From Acidobacteriota bacterium (lineage in GTDB: Bacteria; Acidobacteriota; UBA6911; RPQK01; JAJDTT01), in assembly GCA_965217775.1 (NCBI GenBank), contig CBDCJH010000002.1, forward strand, positions 4,160,001-4,224,000: 64,000 nt of DNA, written 5' to 3'. The position numbers and the translations under genes are program-made. Position 1 is the stretch's first letter. Each line of letters begins with the position of its first letter. Below are positions 1 through 8,177 of this stretch, piece after piece. The notes beneath the pieces are model-generated. The model made no database searches. It was not told the DNA's origin and worked only from the letters and a program-made list of their open reading frames with translations.

Positions 1-63
1 CCTCTTCGTTCCGAACACTCGGCAGCACGCACGAAGAGGGCGACCACAAGGGTCGCCCCTACG
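1..63. repeat. GTAG-type REP doublet (REPIN-like), truncated at window edge
   Basis: GAAGAGGGCGACCACAAGGGTCGCCCCTACG palindrome; near-identical to the right part of 921-1011. Confidence 0.8.
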
Positions 64-90
64 AAAGGGACGGGGGAAAGTCCAGAATTA

Positions 91-117
91 AACAGCATGA
101 CGACATGCTGTTATGAT
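91..117 (+). promoter_or_regulatory. Operator inverted repeat and extended -10 of the vapBC operon
   Basis: AACAGCATG-acga-CATGCTGTT (91-112); TGt-TATGAT with -10 at 112-117, 6 nt before ATG 124; no RBS. Confidence 0.65.
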
Positions 118-123
118 GGCACC

Positions 124-369
124 ATGGTTCGAACTCAGATTCAATTTGAAGAGAGACAATACCAGCAGATCCGGACTCTGGCTCATCGAAAGAGGATTTC
201 CATTTCCGAAGCGGTTCGCCGCCTCGTCCGCCAGAGTCTCCGGGAAGGTTTAAAGCAAAAACAGACCGGCGTGGAGGCCCTGTTGAGCATTGCCGGCATT
301 GCGGCCAGTGGCGTGAACGATCTGGGCCGTCGTCACGACGACTACCTGGCGGAAACTTACGACAAATGA
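124..369 (+). CDS. vapB: RHH/CopG-type antitoxin (VapB-like)
   Basis: MVRTQIQF...SISEAVRRLV ribbon-helix-helix pattern; C-terminal RHDDYL; ATGA overlap with the PIN gene. Confidence 0.8.
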   Translation: MVRTQIQFEERQYQQIRTLAHRKRISISEAVRRLVRQSLREGLKQKQTGVEALLSIAGIAASGVNDLGRRHDDYLAETYDK

Positions 370-773
370 CGTCGATCTTCGTCGACACCTCGGCCCTCTT
401 GCCCCTCCTGGATCGAGACGATCAAGACCATGGTTACCTTGTGGATGCCGTGGGCACTCTCAGCAGCTCTCAGACGGCCTTGATCACCTCTTCCTACGTG
501 TTGGTTGAAGCGGGGTCCCTCGTCCGTTCCCGATTGGGGATATCCGCCTTTCGGCGGTTGGGCGAGATCATGGAACGTGATGTGGAAATCGTCTGGGTCG
601 ATGAGGAGTTGCATCGTCGAGCCTGGAAAAAAGCCAGTGCTGGAGGCAAGAGAGCACCCGGTCTTGTCGACTGGGTCAGTTTTCTTCTGATGGCCGAGTT
701 GGACATAACGACTGCCCTCGCCCGGGATCACCACTTCGTCCAACAGGGTTTCAGAATTCTGCCGAATCCATGA
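366..773 (+). CDS. vapC: PIN-domain toxin VapC
   Basis: IFVDTSALL, LVE, LVDWVSF and ARDHHF acidic PIN motifs; 135 aa. Confidence 0.9.
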   Translation: MTSIFVDTSALLPLLDRDDQDHGYLVDAVGTLSSSQTALITSSYVLVEAGSLVRSRLGISAFRRLGEIMERDVEIVWVDEELHRRAWKKASAGGKRAPGLVDWVSFLLMAELDITTALARDHHFVQQGFRILPNP

Positions 774-920
774 GGACCACTCACGAACCGTAGCAGCCCC
801 GTGTACGGTCAACCTGAATCAAACGCAGGGCGGGAAAAATAGACTGTCCGCTTGTAGTCCCCGGGTTTCTGCCCTTGTAATTCCCGCGACTTCCATCACC
901 CCGCACTGAATATCGGGGAC

Positions 921-1011
921 CGTAGGGGCACCCCTTGTGGGTGCCCTCTTCGTTCCAAACGCTCGGCAGCACGCAGGAAGAGGGCGACCACATACAAGGG
1001 TCGCCCCTACG
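921..1011. repeat. GTAG-type REP doublet (REPIN-like)
   Basis: CGTAGGGGCACCCCTTGTGGGTGCCC...GGGTCGCCCCTACG inverted pair. Confidence 0.8.
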
Positions 1012-1050
1012 AAACAGACGGGGGAAAATCCTGGGTTCAGGGTGAGTTAA

Positions 1051-1208
1051 CAGCCCGTGGCAAAAGTCGTCACGGCATTCGACCGTCCCTGCATCCCGGC
1101 GGACTGCGTTGCGACTCGGTCACATACTCCCGGTATGCTCCCTCATCGCGCCTTGTCCGGCGGGCGCAGGAACGGTCTCGGTGCTCGCGCGACTTTCACC
1201 ACGGGCTG
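1051..1208 (+). mobile_element. MITE family A, copy 1 (158 bp)
   Basis: TIRs CAGCCCGTGGCAAAAGTC / GACTTTCACCACGGGCTG; TTAA on both sides; three further full copies in the window. Confidence 0.92.
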
Positions 1209-1235
1209 TTAACGCTGCGCATTTTCCTCTGCCCT

Positions 1236-2861
1236 TCAACGCCCGTTTCGGAAGCCGAAGGAGAAGAGCTTGGCCTGCTTCAGATGGAAGCGCAGCTTAA
1301 CCGGTTTTCCGACCAGGCGGCTCACGCCGCCCTTGCCCTTCCAGGTTACGGCGGCGCGAACCGAGTCGCCCTGGAAGGCATCGCAGTCTTCCCTGGCGTA
1401 GCCTGGTATCGGCCGTCCCGTCTCGGGATCCAGGATTTCGGCGGCGACTTCGCCCTGGGGACCGGCCGTATTGGCATTGATCTCCAACCGGTCTCCATCG
1501 AAGACCAGCGGCTTGGTGGTCATCGAGCCGTCGCCTGCGGTCAGCGAAACGAAACCGTCCAGCCGCAGCGTGGCCAGCGACACCGAGCTCTCCTGATTCT
1601 GGCCCCGCCGAACGGCCCAGTGTCCCCGCTCGAACCCCACGTAGTAGATCCGGATCTCGCCCAGCTCCTCCCGCACCACCGGCTGCTGCGCCACGAAGAT
1701 CATGCCGCCGTCGTAGCTCCCCTCGGGACCGTTGGGGATGAAGGTGCGCCGATCCCCCACCCGCTGCCAGTTCCTGCCGTCGCGGCTGAAGGCCAACTGG
1801 ATGTCGATTCGATCCATCCAGGGATTTCGGGCGTTGCCCCGCACCGGAGGCATCTCGGGCTCCATTCCGGGACAGACGTGATAGGGGGTGAGGAAGCCGA
1901 CGTAGACACCTTCGTACTGGAGGATCTCGAAGGTGTAGAAACCGGCGGTGCAGGGGCCGTCCTCGGCGTCGGGCGGGACCAGGATGTACTTCCGGTTCAC
2001 CTCCACCGGATCCCGCATGTCCTTGGGAGCGTCCCAGCGGATGAAGTCGGGACTGGTGGCGATTCCGGGAGTCCTGACGTTCCCTTTCCGGTTCTTGAAG
2101 TGAAATCTCGGATCGTCGGCGAAGAGGGGCGGCTTGAGCCGGATGTGGGCCACGTAGCTCTCCCGTTTCCCGTCCCAGAACACCGCCTGGTGGGTGTCGT
2201 TGTTCAGATAGACCGGATTCACTTCGGGGTACGGGTAGTCCTTCCAGCGGATGCCGTCGGCCGAGTACGCGGCCCAGACGCCGCTTTTGGGCCGGCGCCG
2301 GTTGTAGAGCATCTTGTAGCGCTTTTCCGGGTCGGCTTCGTGGAGATCCTTGAAGACTCCCGGAGCACCCAGCCGATGGGCGTCGCCGAACACGAAGTTG
2401 TGGGAGCGGGCCGCCTCCCTCCGGCAGTAGTCCGACTTGTATTCGAACTGTCCCACCGCCGGCTTCTCCCAACTGAGGCCGTCTTCGGAGACGTAATAGC
2501 CGAGCAGGCTGGTGGACCAGTCGTAGTTGACCGCCTGGTTCCACATCTTGAAGCGGCGGTCCTCCTTGTCGTAGACGAGGTTGGGAGAGTTGGCGAAGTG
2601 CATGTCCGCCTCCCAACACTGGTCCATCTCGATCACCGGATTCCCGGCGTACTTGAGAGGCTGGTTCAAGAGCTTGAAGACGGTGCCGTCCAGCGACTCG
2701 ATGACATAGTCGTCGATGAAGAGCTGCTTGTCGGTGCCGATCTCCAGCACCGCGGCGGGAACCGGCGGCGTCAACGACAGCACCAGGAGCAGAACCAGAC
2801 GGACGGGGCCTGCGGCGGGAACGGTTTTGTCCGGATGACGGGACTTCTTCCTGTGATTCAT
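1236..2861 (-). CDS. Exported beta-propeller glycoside-hydrolase-like protein (family member 1, Cys-rich subgroup)
   Basis: Signal peptide; KQLFIDD start motif, SxDGxxW repeats, LRLDGFVS and KLRFHL C-terminus. Confidence 0.8.
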   Translation of the reverse strand: MNHRKKSRHPDKTVPAAGPVRLVLLLVLSLTPPVPAAVLEIGTDKQLFIDDYVIESLDGTVFKLLNQPLKYAGNPVIEMDQCWEADMHFANSPNLVYDKEDRRFKMWNQAVNYDWSTSLLGYYVSEDGLSWEKPAVGQFEYKSDYCRREAARSHNFVFGDAHRLGAPGVFKDLHEADPEKRYKMLYNRRRPKSGVWAAYSADGIRWKDYPYPEVNPVYLNNDTHQAVFWDGKRESYVAHIRLKPPLFADDPRFHFKNRKGNVRTPGIATSPDFIRWDAPKDMRDPVEVNRKYILVPPDAEDGPCTAGFYTFEILQYEGVYVGFLTPYHVCPGMEPEMPPVRGNARNPWMDRIDIQLAFSRDGRNWQRVGDRRTFIPNGPEGSYDGGMIFVAQQPVVREELGEIRIYYVGFERGHWAVRRGQNQESSVSLATLRLDGFVSLTAGDGSMTTKPLVFDGDRLEINANTAGPQGEVAAEILDPETGRPIPGYAREDCDAFQGDSVRAAVTWKGKGGVSRLVGKPVKLRFHLKQAKLFSFGFRNGR

Positions 2862-2973
2862 GTTGCCTCCGATTGCTGCTCGGGCGTGACGAGGGGAACT
2901 CAGAGTTGGTACAAGAATAGCTCAATATGGTTCCAGTCCTCGGTGGACGACTCCTCGAAGCGGAGAATTACGG

Positions 2974-4449
2974 ATGAAAGCAGGACTGATCGCCGCGTGT
3001 TTCGTCTTCGTGACCCTCGCCGTGGTAGCCGGGCCCTCGCCCAGGGTGCAGCCCGAATCCGTGGCCATCGGCTCCCGCCTGGAGCTGTTCGTGGACGGCC
3101 ACCTGATCGAGTCGTTGAAGGGAGCGCGGCTGGAGCTTCATCCACCCCGGCCCGCGGAGCGGGTGCTCTTTTTCGACCGGGATTGGGAAGGGGGAAACAG
3201 CGGCTACGTCACCGTATTCCGGGACGGCGGCCGATACCGCATGTACTACCGGGGCGCCAGCTCGAAGGGATACGCCGTCCCCTCCCTGTCGAGGCCGGGA
3301 GAAACGCCCGTGCCGGAGCACCCCCAGGTGGCCTGCTACGCCGAGAGTCCTGACGGGATCGCCTGGAGCAGGCCTTCGCTCGGCCTCTTCGAGTTCAACG
3401 GCTCAACCGACAACAACATCGTCTGGACCGGCTCCGGCGGGCACAACTTCTCCCCCTTCAAGGACACGAATCCCGACGCCCCTCCCGAGCAGCGCTACAA
3501 GGCCGTGGGGAGCGGCCGCATCGACGGAAAACCGGCGCTGCTGGGATACGTCTCTCCGGACGGCATCCGCTGGAAGAGACTGCGGCAGGAGCCGCTTCTC
3601 ACCGACGGAAAATTCGACTCCCTGAACGTGGCCTTCTGGGACTCGGTGCGGAATCGGTACGCCGCCTTCTACCGCGACTTCCGACACGGCGTACGCACCA
3701 TCAAACATGCCACCTCGCCGAACTTCCTGGATTGGACTCCCGGGCAATGGGGCGACTTCGGGGATACCCCTCCGGAGCACCTCTACACCAACGGGACGGT
3801 GGCCTACTTTCGCGCCCCGCACCTCTTCCTGGCCCTGCCCCGGCGCTTTCTGCCCTGGCGGAAGCTCTACCCGGACGCCCCGGTGCCGGGCGCGTCCGAC
3901 GGGGTCTTCATGAGCAGCCGCGACGGGGTCCACTGGGACCGGCGCTTCCTGGAGTCGTTCATCCGGCCCGGTCGCGACCCCCGCAACTGGCCTCAGCGGA
4001 CCAACACTCCGGCGCGGGGCATTGTCCCAACCGCCGAGGATGAGATCTCCCTCTACGTCGAACGTCACCGGTCGTCACCGACCAACCATCTGCAGCGGCT
4101 GGTGTTGCGCACCGACGGGTTCGTCTCGGTCCACGCCGGCTACTCCGGCGGGGAGATGATCACCAGGCCGTTCGTCTTTCAGGACGCCAACCTGGTGCTC
4201 AACTTCTCCACCTCGGCCGCCGGCAGCATCCGGATTGAGATTCAGGATGCGCACGGCCGCCCCTGTCCGGGGTTTGCCTTGGAGGAGTCGCCTCTGATCT
4301 GGGGCGATGAGATCGAGCACGTGGTCCGGTGGGAACGAACTCATCCCAAGGCGACCTCGGAAAAGCCTCTGGCCCATCTCGCCGGGAAGCCGCTGCGGCT
4401 GCGCCTGGTGCTGAAGGACGCGGATCTCTACTCCCTGAGATTCCGGTAG
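2974..4449 (+). CDS. Exported beta-propeller GH-like protein (member 2)
   Basis: Signal peptide; RLELFVD, SPDGIxW, FDSLN, LRTDGFVS, ADLYSLRF. Confidence 0.8.
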   Translation: MKAGLIAACFVFVTLAVVAGPSPRVQPESVAIGSRLELFVDGHLIESLKGARLELHPPRPAERVLFFDRDWEGGNSGYVTVFRDGGRYRMYYRGASSKGYAVPSLSRPGETPVPEHPQVACYAESPDGIAWSRPSLGLFEFNGSTDNNIVWTGSGGHNFSPFKDTNPDAPPEQRYKAVGSGRIDGKPALLGYVSPDGIRWKRLRQEPLLTDGKFDSLNVAFWDSVRNRYAAFYRDFRHGVRTIKHATSPNFLDWTPGQWGDFGDTPPEHLYTNGTVAYFRAPHLFLALPRRFLPWRKLYPDAPVPGASDGVFMSSRDGVHWDRRFLESFIRPGRDPRNWPQRTNTPARGIVPTAEDEISLYVERHRSSPTNHLQRLVLRTDGFVSVHAGYSGGEMITRPFVFQDANLVLNFSTSAAGSIRIEIQDAHGRPCPGFALEESPLIWGDEIEHVVRWERTHPKATSEKPLAHLAGKPLRLRLVLKDADLYSLRFR

Positions 4450-4501
4450 CGGGCCGAGCAACGGTGCTCCGGTTCCCGGCCCGACTGAATGGTTCACGTC
4501 A

Positions 4502-5368
4502 ATGGACATCAACTTCATACCCCATCCGTTTCAGGGTACGCCCTACGGCGAAGCGCTCGACCTGGCGATCGTTTTCGCCATCGCCTGCTGGCTCTTGTCG
4601 GTCATCACCCGTGAATACTCCTGGGTGGACCGCATCTGGTCCATCTGTCCCGCCATCTATTGCCTGATCGTGGCCGCCGACTCGGATTTCAGTTCGACGC
4701 GGCTCAACGTCATGTCGCTCCTGGTGGTTGCGTGGGGGGTTCGATTGACCTTCAATTTCGCGCGCAGAGGCGGTTACCGGGCCGGCGGTGAAGACTACCG
4801 CTGGAAAGTCGTGCAGGAAAGACTGGGCCCGGTCAAGTTTCAATTCCTCAATATCACCTTCGTCGCACCCGGACAGATGTTCGTGATCTGGTTATTTACA
4901 TCTCCTGTGCACCAGGCATGGTCGGGACGCAATCAAACATTAAATCATGTTGATATTATTGCAATTATTCTATTTATGATCTTTTTGGTGATAGAAACGA
5001 TAAATGACGAACGGATGTGGGCGTTTCAGCAAGACAAGAAGCGTAAGTTCAAGGCCGGCGAGCCCGTAACGCAGACTTTTATCACGAGCGGGTTCTTCAA
5101 ATACTGTCGCCATCCCAGTTATATATGTGAAATGGCCATGTGGACCGTATTTTATCTGTTCGGGATCGCGGCGACGAATCAATGGATCCATTGGTCCGGA
5201 CTTGGATTTATTTTTCTTATGTTTATAATTGCCGGATCGACAAGATTGGGCGAATCCATATCTGTAGATCGATACCCTTCTTATCGAGATTATCAAGCCT
5301 CGACACCTCGATATATTCCTTTTACTCGCATAGGTTGCATTAAATCCGCTGGCAAGTCGCCGGTTTGA
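4502..5368 (+). CDS. DUF1295 / steroid 5-alpha-reductase-like membrane protein
   Basis: YSWVDRIWS, WGVRLTFNF, EDYRW and CRHPSY motifs; multiple TM helices. Confidence 0.85.
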   Translation: MDINFIPHPFQGTPYGEALDLAIVFAIACWLLSVITREYSWVDRIWSICPAIYCLIVAADSDFSSTRLNVMSLLVVAWGVRLTFNFARRGGYRAGGEDYRWKVVQERLGPVKFQFLNITFVAPGQMFVIWLFTSPVHQAWSGRNQTLNHVDIIAIILFMIFLVIETINDERMWAFQQDKKRKFKAGEPVTQTFITSGFFKYCRHPSYICEMAMWTVFYLFGIAATNQWIHWSGLGFIFLMFIIAGSTRLGESISVDRYPSYRDYQASTPRYIPFTRIGCIKSAGKSPV

Positions 5369-5581
5369 TCTTTTATTTATACATGTATAAATAAAGGGGG
5401 TTTCTTTCTCTCAGGATCCTCCTGACCTGAGCGATGAGGTTAACGGGGGGGTTCGAATCTCGCTCGGAAAGCTGTCGTTGCGGGGAAATAGGGGATTCGA
5501 CCATTGACTTCGACCGACACCAACCGACAAAGAGAACCCTTGAGGGCAACTCTCCAGAAACAGCTCCATCGGCCGACGTCG

Positions 5582-6190
5582 TTACGGAGCCAGGACTCGA
5601 ATTCGAAATTTGCTTCGCAGGTCTTCTACGAAAACTTTCAACGACCGCTCCATTCTTCCGGCCCGGTACAGATCCATCTTCTCTGCAAGCTCGGCCGCGA
5701 ACTCAATCCCACCGAGCGTTTGAGGATGACCTCCCCTCTGAATCGCCGTCCGAAGAACCGTCTTATAGTAGTTCCTCTCGCATTTTTCGGAACCGAGATC
5801 AGGTTGACCCCCAACGACGTCGTAGAAAGAATTCACATCTGCCATATACCAGCGCTCGATATGAGGGTCAGGACAGGCTGCAACCAGCAGATGAAGATAA
5901 TCTTGTCCCACTGCATCTTCGATACTGGATCTGGTTTGTGCAAAGCTATTGCAGTTGGAGTCGATAGCGACAATGATCATATCCAAAGTGGCATTGAGGC
6001 CGAGATGTTGCCGATACTGCAGATAGAATCCAAGTTCACTGATGACTCGTGGGTGACCGCCGTGCGCCGTTCTTACTTGGCAACGGACGTCCGCGCCTTC
6101 TTCCATGGCAATGCGCTTCACCAATGGCACAAGCAATTTCTCGTGTGCTGCGTCTTCCATGAAAAGCTCGACGGCCAGAGCCTCACTCAT
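5582..6190 (-). CDS. DUF4276/RloB-like (TOPRIM-like) protein
   Basis: ELFMED, IVAIDSN and PHIERWYMAD motifs; start overlaps the ATPase stop. Confidence 0.65.
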   Translation of the reverse strand: MSEALAVELFMEDAAHEKLLVPLVKRIAMEEGADVRCQVRTAHGGHPRVISELGFYLQYRQHLGLNATLDMIIVAIDSNCNSFAQTRSSIEDAVGQDYLHLLVAACPDPHIERWYMADVNSFYDVVGGQPDLGSEKCERNYYKTVLRTAIQRGGHPQTLGGIEFAAELAEKMDLYRAGRMERSLKVFVEDLRSKFRIRVLAP

Positions 6191-7448
6191 TGATCCATCC
6201 ACGCAAGACCATAAATTCGAAGATGCCATCTTCCGTTTTACTCGTGAGCTTGCTCATGATGTCGAGCTTATCGAACAGCTCGACCGGGGGATCGAAGCGG
6301 TGGATTTGAGTTTCCCGACCAACACGGCGCACGTTGTACAAAGCGACATCGCCGTGTGACCGTCCCCGCGTTTCTTTGAGCACCGCATCGCAAAAGAGCG
6401 GCGAGTGGGTCGTGACTACGACTTGGCGTTCTTGCTCCAGAGCCATCGCGGTCAGCATTTTGGCAATCAGTTCTATCCGTCTCGGATGCACACCATTCTC
6501 GGGCTCCTCGAAGGCGAGAAGTGAGCCACTCCACGGATTCGCTGAGATGGCACAGAGCGCCAGCACTCGGAGTGTCCCCTCGGAAACGACGCGGGAAGAG
6601 TAATTGGTGCCGTTCTGCCGAACGTTGATGTCAAGAATGCCTCGACGCTTGTCCAGATCGATGTCAAATGCCTCGACGCTTGGAATTATTGATTGTACAG
6701 TTCGGACGACCGACTCAAAGTTCTTTCTGTGCTCCGCCTTGAGTCTGTACAGGAAGGCTGAGATGTGCTCCCCGAACACGCCTATATCAAACACATCCAG
6801 TGGTGGCGTAGTATGCCGCATGGCTAGCCGCGGGTCCAAGTAGTAGGTTCTCCAATTCAAGAGCTCTGCCCGAACCCGCTCGATGTACTTGTGTGCCGGA
6901 CTTCCCAAACGTGGGTCGGAGAGGACGGAATAATTCTGATTGAGGTCCTCGAAACGAGGTCTCCCGCCACCACTCTGGCGCCGGATCTTCAAACGCCCAT
7001 GCTCCGGCTCCACTTCAATTGCCGGCACTCCTTTCTCATCCCCGGTCGTTGAAAGAGCCGAAAGATACTCACCACAGTTGGTCAGCGCCCCCGACTTGGA
7101 GGCGATTTCCACTTCGATTTGATAACGGTAACGATTCTTTCTGGTTTTTTCCCCCTCAGGGATTGCCAAATCCGCAGAAATCGAAAACTTGGCAGTAGAT
7201 CTCGAAAGTAATTCTGGGATTCCACCGACAGGCAGAGCAAATGCTTCTATCGGGTATCCTCTAATCATTTGTCCACCGAGGGCATCCATCAGGGTGCGCT
7301 CCGTTCCAATCCTCGAAAGGGCCTGAATCGCGTCGAGGAGGTTGCTCTTTCCAGCAGCATTGGGTCCGAAAAGAATTGTCAAACGGGGAAATTCCATTGA
7401 TATGTTGGAGAGTGATTTGAAGCTACGAACAGTCAGGTTCTGAATCAT
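6183..7448 (-). CDS. ABC-type AAA ATPase (AAA_21/AAA_15-like)
   Basis: Walker A GPNAAGKS, SEGTLR signature, Walker B LAFEEPENGVHP, H-loop TTHSP. Confidence 0.9.
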   Translation of the reverse strand: MIQNLTVRSFKSLSNISMEFPRLTILFGPNAAGKSNLLDAIQALSRIGTERTLMDALGGQMIRGYPIEAFALPVGGIPELLSRSTAKFSISADLAIPEGEKTRKNRYRYQIEVEIASKSGALTNCGEYLSALSTTGDEKGVPAIEVEPEHGRLKIRRQSGGGRPRFEDLNQNYSVLSDPRLGSPAHKYIERVRAELLNWRTYYLDPRLAMRHTTPPLDVFDIGVFGEHISAFLYRLKAEHRKNFESVVRTVQSIIPSVEAFDIDLDKRRGILDINVRQNGTNYSSRVVSEGTLRVLALCAISANPWSGSLLAFEEPENGVHPRRIELIAKMLTAMALEQERQVVVTTHSPLFCDAVLKETRGRSHGDVALYNVRRVGRETQIHRFDPPVELFDKLDIMSKLTSKTEDGIFEFMVLRGWINE

Positions 7449-7562
7449 CGTCTCCGTCTCCTAAGGGCAATCATGAATTCCCATGTTGTAACCGCTGGTT
7501 TTTTCCGAACAAACTTGAGTTCGATCGAGATTGGCGGTTCGCCCGATAAATTGTCAGTTTCC

Positions 7563-7870
7563 TCAGTCAGCCGATGGACACCAGGGCTGGACGCGCTCGG
7601 CAATCAGGCTCCCAGACTCGATCTCCTCCCGCCGCAGCTCCCAGGTCTTCTGCAGATTCAGCCAGACCTGTGGAGTCGTCCCAAAGTAGCGCGCGAGACG
7701 CAATGCCGTGTCGGCGGTCACCCCTCGCTGTCCATTCAGGATCGCCGTGATTCGATTCACCGGCACGTCCAACGTCTCAGAGACCAAATTGGCTAACATG
7801 CCGAGCGCATCCAATTCTTCCCGCAAGATCTCTCCCGGCTGAACCGCCGCATCCCATTCTTGGCGCTCAT
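7563..7870 (-). pseudogene. higA: HigA antitoxin with a 5' frameshift
   Basis: MSAKNGMR, then a 1-nt shift into VQPGEILREEL...VTADTALRLARYFGTTPQVWLNLQ. Confidence 0.8.
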
Positions 7871-7883
7871 CGTCTGCACTTTC

Positions 7884-7982
7884 TCAATGATCGTCCACGA
7901 TCACGACTTCGCAGGGGTCCATATTCCCCCCAACGGAAACCGATTCGCCACTGCGCATTGATCCGGCTGGCGTACTGGCCCC
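7884..7982 (-). pseudogene. higB: HigB toxin C-terminal remnant
   Basis: GQYASRINAQWRIGFRW / (frameshift) CEVVIVDDH* resembles the HigB C-terminus; N-terminus absent. Confidence 0.7.
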
Positions 7983-8177
7983 GTTACAGCCCATAAGAGA
8001 AAGGATACATGTAGAGTTGATATGCTCGGAAGACCAGCCGCCAGCGCGGATACCGTTTCCCAAGAATCATCGACCTTGGAAATCGAGGGATGAGTGATCT
8101 TCCGGAGTCTCCTTGCCATTTGCGAGCGGCCGCTCGGTTCCACTTCGTGTTCCCATTGGACTACGATTCACCATGGA

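Noticed and set aside
1109-1300. Small ORFs with recurring peptides (GHILPVC..., HGIRPSLHPGG..., HLxIEKIWPRF)
   Set aside because: These are translations of MITE-A/B, not independent genes
5430-5500. GGGGTTCGAATC T-loop-like sequence suggesting a tRNA or att site
   Set aside because: No acceptor, D or anticodon stems can be built and no matching direct repeat was seen; tRNAscan-SE would settle it
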